Origin: Octopus sinensis
Taxonomy: Eukaryota
Direction of reading: 5' to 3'
Length of the DNA stretch: 64,000 bases
Assembly: GCF_006345805.1 (NCBI RefSeq)
Contig: NC_043006.1
Span: 93,186,001-93,250,000 of the forward strand
Part shown: piece by piece, positions 55,300 to 64,000 of the stretch
Layout: every line of letters begins with the position of its first letter
Position numbering within the stretch: the first letter of the stretch is position 1
Notes under the pieces: generated by a model
Database searches by the model: none
What the model saw: the letters and a program-made list of their open reading frames with translations, nothing else
What the model was told of the DNA's origin: nothing
Program-made: the position numbers and the translations under genes

Positions 55300-56261
55300 T
55301 AGAACTAAAAGATACCCTCATCACCAGGAACTACCCACCTTCACTTATTGACATATGCATTCAACGTACCCTTCAACTTAACATCCAGGAACTGAGACAT
55401 CCCAAATCAAAGAAAAATTTACGACCAAAAGCCTTACTATACATCTCCACACACAACCTTCTCAACAATGAAGCCTTCGGCACCATCCTCCAAAACATAC
55501 CCCTCCTAAAAAAAGACCACAGAATGAACACAATCCTCCAAACACACACGATCATAAAAAAGCAAGAGACAGCCTAAATCTATGAAAAGTCTCCTAACAC
55601 AAGCCCGAATACGCTCTTCAACACAGAAGCCGACAGTAAAAAATGTGGAAGACCCAATTGCGGGATATGCGATTATCTAATTGAGGGATCAGAGTTCTCC
55701 TTCAAACAGGGACAACGGTTTACAGTGAAAAGCAACTTCACATGTGCTTTGGAGAACCTGATATACACACTAACCTGCTCTGGCTGTCAAGAGCAGTACA
55801 TAGGCCAAACAAAAAATAGTTTGCGTAAAAGAATGGCCCTGCACAGATCCCAGATAAAAATTCCCCAAAACAGAAAAATAGCTTTCAGCCAACACATAGA
55901 TGCTTGCGCCAACAACAAAACACCAGGCTTCAGGATTTCCCCCCTCTACCAATTCAGGGACGATACAACCTCGAGACAACGAATAAGTAAAGAAACTCTC
56001 TTTATTACAAAATACAGGCCACTTCTTAACGGGTCTACGACAAACGATTTATACACCTCAGCTTTAGAATAACACAAATACACACGCAAATATTACATTC
56101 CAAAGAATCCATTACAAATCAGCCCCAATCACAGCTATAATCCATAACGTGCCAACTTCAAGTCATACAACACCTCACTACTTCCACTCACTCATATTCT
56201 CCCTTCTCTTTCTTCTTCTTCCTCTTCTTCTTCATCATCATCATTATCATCATCATCGTCG

Positions 56262-56292
<31 letters not shown>

Positions 56293-56830
56293 CATCATCT
56301 TCTTCTTCTTCTTCTTCTTCTTCTTCTTCTTCTTCTTCTTCTTCTTCTTCATCATCATCATCATCATCATCATCTTCTTCTTCTTCTTCTTCTTCTTCTT
56401 CTGCTCCACCTTCTACTTCTTAACTTTATCACTAATGCTTTTTAGTATAGCACCTACGCAAATTCTATAAACAAACCTTTCAATAGAAATATTCTCCTGA
56501 ATTGAACTGCAACTGACCATTCAAAATACGACAATCAAGGCACTCCCAAATTTTTCCACCCCTTCTCCTCATCATCCTTCTTCTTCGTCTACCCTACCAA
56601 AAATTCACAACGACCTCCAACACACAAGTGCAAACAAGGAGACAGAGAAAGGCAGAAACAAGGAAAATGCCACTTATATTTGAACAGTATACAAATATTC
56701 CTTTAAAAAAGCTTTTCTTTTAATTTTTCTAAATTTAATTATTTAATCGTTACAGTTGAGAAGGTCTCAAAATGACTGAAACCGGCACTGAAATGTTCTT
56801 TATAAAATTATTTTAGCATATTCTATCTTG
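55300..56830 (+). mobile_element. Penelope-like element 3' part (GIY-YIG plus UTR)
   Basis: CGRPNCGIC, FTCALENLIYTLTCSGCQEQYIGQT and KETLFITKYRPLLN; the 3' boundary is approximate. Confidence 0.85.
56205..56405. repeat. (CTT)n/(CAT)n alternating trinucleotide array inside the Penelope 3' UTR
   Basis: Direct inspection. Confidence 0.95.
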
Positions 56831-56852
56831 ACTTGTTTTTTCCTATATATAT

Positions 56853-56901
<49 letters not shown>

Positions 56902-56904
56902 GAA

Positions 56905-57081
56905 TGTAAGTATACATACATAAAGTTTTTTTCATTCTCTGTTTATTTTCTTATTCCTTTCTGTTGAAGTGTATGGACTCGAAACGTAAAAGACTTTCTG
57001 TTTTCCCGAGTGTCAAACTAATACACTTGCTTGTCGCTTATACTCCTGTCTTCGTCTTTTGTTTTTCTAGAAATTTCAACT
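56905..57081 (+). repeat. Short repeat family H1 with hammerhead-like core
   Basis: Near-identical to 58657-58832; contains cttt-CTGTTGA-a-gtgt/actc-GAAAC-GTA-aaag. Confidence 0.75.
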
Positions 57082-57094
57082 ACATATATATACA

Positions 57095-57177
<83 letters not shown>

Positions 57178-57514
57178 TGTATGTATGTATGTATGTATGT
57201 ATAGATAAAAATCTATCTATCTATCTATATGGGGAAAGCTAAAAAATTACTTGTTGAGAAGATAATTACAATTTTCTTAGTACACCATGAAGTGGATGAA
57301 ATAGTTTCCTCACAACCATATTTAAGATTTCACTAGGGCAATATTACACATAACTACTTAAAGCTATTCTCTGAGGAAACCATTCGAGTTACGTTTAAAT
57401 TATTGGCCTACAATTTACCAATTTACACTGTTTACTTATTAACCTTTGTTTGTTTTGTAGATTTCTAGGGGGATTCATGCTTCACCAATCTATATATATT
57501 CATCATGAAATATG

Positions 57515-57577
<63 letters not shown>

Positions 57578-57587
57578 AGATAGATAT

Positions 57588-57684
<97 letters not shown>

Positions 57685-57757
57685 GGATAAATAGATGGAT
57701 AGATAGATAGATAGGTGGATATATAGATAGAAATGTAGATAGATAGATAGATAGATG

Positions 57758-57833
<76 letters not shown>

Positions 57834-58339
57834 GATAGATAGATAGATAGACAGAACATAGATTTATGAATGTATATACTGTATATATGAGGGAGTGCTG
57901 AAAATTTCCCGACTAACTATTTCGCGAAACGCCTGGTTGTAGCCCAACATTACGAGTCCCTTTACAGGGCTGAGAAAAACTGAAGGATTGCTGCAATGTG
58001 TGTGAATCTGAGAGGGAAATACTTAAAATAAAATTATCATTAACTGATCTTCCGATATATTCTTTTACCCTAAACCAGGGATTTTTCAGCAACCCATCGT
58101 ATATGGTATCATCGCAATGAATTGCATTCATTTTGGATTGATTAATTCCCGAATCTTCTTATATGAGAATGTTCGTGCGCGTCCAAATTTATAGATGTAT
58201 ATGTATGTGTAAATCTGCATCCATACGAAATATGTGCGCACAATCATACACACACACACATTTTTATCTATACATATATACATATACATGCATATATACA
58301 TACATACATACTACATACATACATATATATATATATATA

Positions 58340-58600
58340 TAAAGGGAAAGTTTACGAAAATAAACAAAAGACGAAGGCAGGTGGTGTACAAACAAACAGA
58401 TGTATTAGTATAGCGCTCAGGAATAGAAAAAGTCTTTTACGTTTCGAGCCTACGCTCTTCCACAGAAGGATACACAGAAAAAAACAAGGAGATAAAAAAA
58501 TGCGTGTAGTGGCTAACGATCTATCATGGCGTCTGACTTTGGACAGAATGGTCAGATGCGAGAGGTACAGTAGGGGAGATAACAGGGTCAAGTGACTTCC
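58340..58600 (-). repeat. Short repeat family H1, inverted copy
   Basis: Reverse complement contains CTGTGGA-a-gagc-gtag-gctc-GAAAC-GTA-aaag and the shared aactaatacatctgtttg downstream block. Confidence 0.7.
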
Positions 58601-58630
58601 AATACATATATGTGTGTGCGTGTATGTATG

Positions 58631-58656
<26 letters not shown>

Positions 58657-58661
<5 letters not shown>

Positions 58662-58832
58662 GTATACATACATAAAGTTTTTTCATTCTCTGTTTATTTT
58701 CTCATTCCTTTCTGTTGAAGAGTATGGACTCGAAACGTAAAAGACTTCCTGTTTTCCCGAGAGTCAAACTAATACACTTGCTTGTCGTTTATACTCCTGT
58801 CTTCGTCTTTTGTTTTTCTAGAAATTTGAACT
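58657..58832 (+). repeat. Short repeat family H1 with hammerhead-like core
   Basis: cttt-CTGTTGA-a-gagt-atgg-actc-GAAAC-GTA-aaag at 58708-58743. Confidence 0.75.
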
Positions 58833-58837
58833 CTCTG

Positions 58838-58922
<85 letters not shown>

Positions 58923-59015
58923 AGTTAGATAGATACATATATACATACATACATTCATACATACATACATACATACATACATACATACATACATACATAC
59001 ATACATACATACATA

Positions 59016-59428
59016 CTGCTACTATGGCAATCCCTGAAGGTCGAGGATGATGGTCTTCGCGCAAATTTATTGGTGAGTCCGCAGGTGACTGATAAAACCA
59101 ATTCTTGCTCGAAAAGATCGGTCACAGTGCGGACATCTAGTGCCGGGAGGGAGAGTCGCACGTGGTTGTTGTTGGCGCTCCTTCCGTCTTCGTCTTTTCT
59201 CCTCCAGCTCTGCAGACCTTTTCGACTCGAAATTCGCCGTTCCCTCATGGATGATGGTTTTCCAGAGTGGTCTGTGTTTTGCCGTTTCCTCGCAGTTGGT
59301 CTGCAAAAGCTCAACCCCTCCTCCACGTATGCAGACTGGGCAACATGAACAAGCCAGCTGTGTGAGCGGCAAACGGGGCTCTGACAGTCATCAAGTCCTC
59401 AACGGTGGAACAGGCGGATGAAGTTGCC
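59016..59428 (-). mobile_element. RTE (BovB-like) 3' end with a single C2H2 finger, within a (TACA)n array
   Basis: NCEETAKHRPLWKTIIHEGTANFESKR...CPHCDRSFRARIGFISHLRTH; 3' UTR ends gattgccat. Confidence 0.85.
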
Positions 59429-59769
59429 TTAACATACATACATACATACATACATATATATTTTCATACATATGCACTTATGCATATATACGTATATAGA
59501 TATATACGCATAAACGCTGGCATTATGCGCTTTCTTCGTGCTTGAATATGTACGCGTAACTGTGAAGTTTCACTGATTTCAAATCGCCAGACTTGATCTA
59601 TGGTGTTGTAAATGAATATGTTTGTGTATATTTGTATTTTTTCTGGAGTCATGTGATGTCGTCCAGCGCGCAATTATCGGTGTAATGAGGGAATCAGCAT
59701 TAAATTTATGGGGTCGTCTGTCGTTTATGCTTAATATTCATTGAATGTGCATTATAGTTAAGTTAATTT

Positions 59770-60030
59770 TTTAGCTCAAAAAGCAAAAGCAAGGCCATAT
59801 ACGGGGACATGGAGTTATGTAGAGGGAGAGTGTTTATGCAAAGAGTTCAGGCCATTTCTGGTGAAGAGCGACTTTGAACCGAGCGGTCGTCGGCATCTTC
59901 ACTATCTCGTCCGGCAGCTTATTCCACGGATCCGCAACCCGGACGGAGAAAGCCCCTCTCCTTCGATTGAGATGAAATCGTCGCAGATAGAGCTCTGGAG
60001 CAGGAGTGAAGAACAGCTCTTTCGAGAGGT
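59770..60030 (-). mobile_element. CR1-clade LINE 3' end
   Basis: RFHLNRRRGAFSVRVADPWNKLPDEIVKMPTTARFK matches the CR1 C-terminal FSxRVxxxWNxLP motif. Confidence 0.8.
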
Positions 60031-60608
60031 TAGATAGATCGATATCATTATCAATATCTAGAGAACATATCCAGGTTGGAAGTATGGTGAAGTGGTTGTA
60101 GATTGTGCTTGAAAGTTCGAAGTATGAATTGTTGCTTGCAGGGGTGAAGAGTTTTCCTCGTGAATATTTTAAATGGTCTCTGTTGATGTTATCATATTTA
60201 ACTTTACAGAAATACTATCTTCGCAATTGTTACCTTGTACCTTGTAATTGCCGGTCTTAGCAGTAATGCTCTCATGAATATTGAGCTTTATCACTCCCCT
60301 TTCTTCAAGTATCCTTACCATATTAGATAAAGATGTATATCTTTTACTTTTATCTCTGAACGACGCCAAATGCTGCATCTTTGGCGGTGCTTCTTGTCAT
60401 TCTAATGTAAACTTCTGTCATTCAATTGAAATCCACAAATATATCCATCCATCATCGACCCAAGGGTTTATTCTTTGTAAGTCTAGTACTTATGCTATCG
60501 GACTATTTTGCGGAGCCATTAAGTTATGGGGACATAAACACACCAACATCAATGTTATCGAGCGATGCTGGAGGACAAACACAGACACAAAGACACACAC
60601 GCATATAT

Positions 60609-60697
<89 letters not shown>

Positions 60698-62419
60698 TTA
60701 TACGACAGGCTTCTTTCAGTTTCCGTCTCCCACATCCATTCACAAGGCTTTAGTCGGCCTGCGGCTATTGTACAGGACGTTAGCCCAGGTCGTCACACTG
60801 TGTGACTGAACTTGGAGATTTATGGTTGGGAAGCAAGCTTCTTACCACACAGCCATTATTTCAGTCATCAGACTGCGGCTACGTGAGGTTAGGCGGTGGG
60901 GAGAGAAACAACCAAACACATACACACACATACCCAAACACACACACACACACAGGCACGCACACATACACATGCTCGCATGCACGCACATACACACAAA
61001 ATACACATACATACACAAAACACACACACGAATACACACGCACATATACATACATATATACATAAAGACGTCTGAGTGTTATCTCGTAGGTTCACAAGGA
61101 AACAAAAATACCAAAATTCCACACTTGTTTTTTTGTGGATGACTTGAAACTTTATGCAAAGAATATGCATGAGAGGAAAATGAGCCTTGACCTAGTTACA
61201 ACATTCTCAAGGTATGTAGGGTTGGAATGTGGTCAGGATAACAGTTGTTATATGGTTCTGAAAAGCTGGGAAATATAAACTAAAGAGGCAACATCTCTAT
61301 CAATGATTTGACTGTTTCCCCTGTATTTAAGTAACAAATTTGTACTCTACAAAAGTATATAGAGTAACCCATCAGATCAGCGTAAAATTAGAACCTAAAA
61401 ATAGAAGTAATATATGTGTGGTGCCAGTGGTGGGAAGTATGTGTGTACTACTCTGTTAAAAGAAGCAAGGTGATAGGGACTTCGAAGCTTCCGCTTTTTA
61501 ATTTATAAAGAATGCATGACTCCAGCTTCCTGAAGATAAGCCTAGCTTAAATTTATATTTACTTCAATGAAAATCTCTCCAATTCTAGACTATTAAATTA
61601 TTTATTCTCTAACACCACATACACCATCACACCTCATATGCTTATAAATGTTTGGGCTTAGGTTTTAAACATGGCTGCAGTTAAAATGAAAAACAAATTT
61701 ACTCTAGGCACAAATATTCTACTCTGTGTTAATAGAGTTTAAATACTTGTTTCTCGATTTACAGTACAAACACCATTTTACAGATATTTATTATTTGTGC
61801 ACCGATGTATTATCCGTTATGTCTAGCGAATAAAAATTTAGATATAATTTGTTATTTTTAAATATTTATTGAGAGACATATCAACTATATATATGTATAA
61901 CTATACATATATATAGTACACACTCACACACTCACACACATATATTGTTTTGATGGTAAATTGTTTTTTAAACCCTGTGCAATGAAAACTTAGAATAAGA
62001 TGCTTAATGAAAAAATATTTAAGAATAAAATATAGAATGGGAGCTAAGTTGATGAGTATTCCTTTTTGTTTTCAAGATTAATTGCCAATAGAGAACGAGC
62101 CGGTTTCTAACCTACATCCAAGTCTCTTTCATTGGAATTTCAACAGCCGAAACGCGGAGTAGGTGAAACAGAGGCGGCTGAAGAAGGGGAATGTTCATTG
62201 TGTTGTATGTCTTGTACTCTATTTTTGCGTTGTTTAAGAAAAATGTCCATTTCCTTGGTTTTGGTTTTATGTTTTCGTTTCTCATTGTGTTCGACGTGTT
62301 TTTGGTGTCCTGTATCCATATATGCATGTATATATACATATAGATGTAGGTACGCACATATATGTATATATATATGCATATGTTTTATTTATTATTTTGT
62401 TATATATATATATATATAT

Positions 62420-62614
62420 ATAGTTAATCCAGACATAAAAACACAAAAACGCGAGGATGTGGAACAAGTATAGTGTTATCGGACGCTCAGGAAGGGAAAG
62501 AAAGGAGGATTTAACGTTTTGAGCGGAGCTCTTCGTCAGAAACATAGGAAAAGGAAAGATCCAAGGAAGGGAAGATGAAGGAAAAAAATCGCCAACGGTA
62601 CACACGCGGTCACA

Positions 62615-62615
<1 letters not shown>
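62420..62615 (-). repeat. Solo copy of the Penelope terminal segment (family H2)
   Basis: Homologous to 49060-49260; contains gttt-CTGACGA-a-gagc-tcc-gctc-aAAAC-GTT-aaat. Confidence 0.8.
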
Positions 62616-62690
<75 letters not shown>

Positions 62691-62705
62691 TAGATATATA
62701 TATAT

Positions 62706-62804
<99 letters not shown>

Positions 62805-63141
62805 AAAATCTCTGAGCAATGCATAGACAGTAGCTGCACGATATCGTGAAGTATATTTGCCACTTAAACTTCTTGGAGATTTTAGGTATTATTATACGTA
62901 TGTGTCCATCTGTTCTACTTAAATTAAATTGTGTCTTTGTGCAGCTGAGTATGGCTCTGCATTTTAAACTGATGTAATGATTGCATTGTTCAATTAAATG
63001 GAGTTGCATGAAACGATCGTACTGCATTACCTCTGTATATGTTTGTTGCTTATTTTGCTTTTAATCATTTTTACTTTGAAATTGTATGGATAATACCGTA
63101 CTAAATTCTGGTGCCTAAACTTATATACCATATTCATCTAA

Positions 63142-63270
<129 letters not shown>

Positions 63271-64000
63271 CGAGGGACGTTCAATAAGTAATGCCTCTGA
63301 CCCACTTGCACTTGTTTGATCTAGCTGAAATTTACATGTGCAATTATTTATATCTCTATAGACTAAGTGGCAAATTACAGCTCTGACTAATTGTGGTTTC
63401 TGATTTACAGGTGTTTGAACCAAGTCAAGTGTGAAATGGAGCTGTTGAGTGTCGAGTGATCCGGTTTTTGTATTTGAAAGGACGCACACCACGGGAGACT
63501 TTTGATGAAATGAAAGTAACTTATGGTGATGATGCCCCATCATATGACCTTGTAAAACGCTGGCATCGTAAATTCAAACATGGTTGGAACTCTGTGGAAA
63601 CAGCTCCCAGATCTGGTCGCCCGTTCTGCCATTGATGAGGCATCTGTCCGTCAAGTTGAGGCTGCCATTTTGGAAAATCGACGCATAATTATTCGCCAAA
63701 TAGCCCATGAGGTCAAGATTAGTACCGGGTCTGTGGAAACTATCATTCATGACCATTTGCATATGCAAAAGGTGTCTGCCAGATGGATTCCCAGGTTGCT
63801 CACGCCTTTCCAGAAGGAAGAACGCGTCGAGTGCTCGAGGGTGAATTTGGAGATGTGCCAAGAAGATGAGTCAAAATTTTTCAAAAGACTGATTACACAG
63901 GATGAAACCTGGGTCCATCACGATGATCCAGAGACCAAAGCCCAGTCAATGCAGTGGAAGCACCGTGTCTCACCCCCTCCAAAGAAGGCAAGGGTGCAGC
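63271..64000 (+). mobile_element. mariner transposon, left part, frameshifted; runs off the window
   Basis: TA followed by TIR cgagggacgttcaataagtaatgcc; RVIRFLYLKG...PRSGRP, then SARWIPRLL and ITQDETWVHH in another frame. Confidence 0.92.

Noticed and set aside
60169-60420. Minus-strand ORF with TGNYKVQGNN, a possible further PKD repeat
   Set aside because: Similarity is too weak, the acceptor is poor and it abuts a CR1 fragment.

Overview
AT-rich eukaryotic genomic DNA, most likely from an Octopus species. This is inferred from dense TA/CA/GATA microsatellites and the tRNA-derived SINE families that recur across the window. I found no intact protein-coding gene, and most ORFs in the supplied track are microsatellite translation artefacts. 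The window holds many mobile-element relics: four Penelope-like elements, two mariners plus a weaker Tc1/mariner remnant, a deleted piggyBac, Tx1/L1, RTE, CR1 and R4-like LINE fragments, Helentron-type HINEs, fold-back elements and three SINE families. Between them, on the minus strand from about 54.1 kb to 4.6 kb, lie spliced exon relics. By eye these read in order as PKD-repeat, REJ, GAIN/GPS, TM1 and PLAT segments, suggesting a decayed polycystin-1-like (PKD1L-type) gene. One exon is split by the piggyBac at a TTAA and is restored in frame when the element is removed. Two unrelated short repeat families share a minimal hammerhead-ribozyme-like fold, and one of them caps a Penelope element. 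Family assignments rest on motif recognition and recalled sequences, not on database searches.
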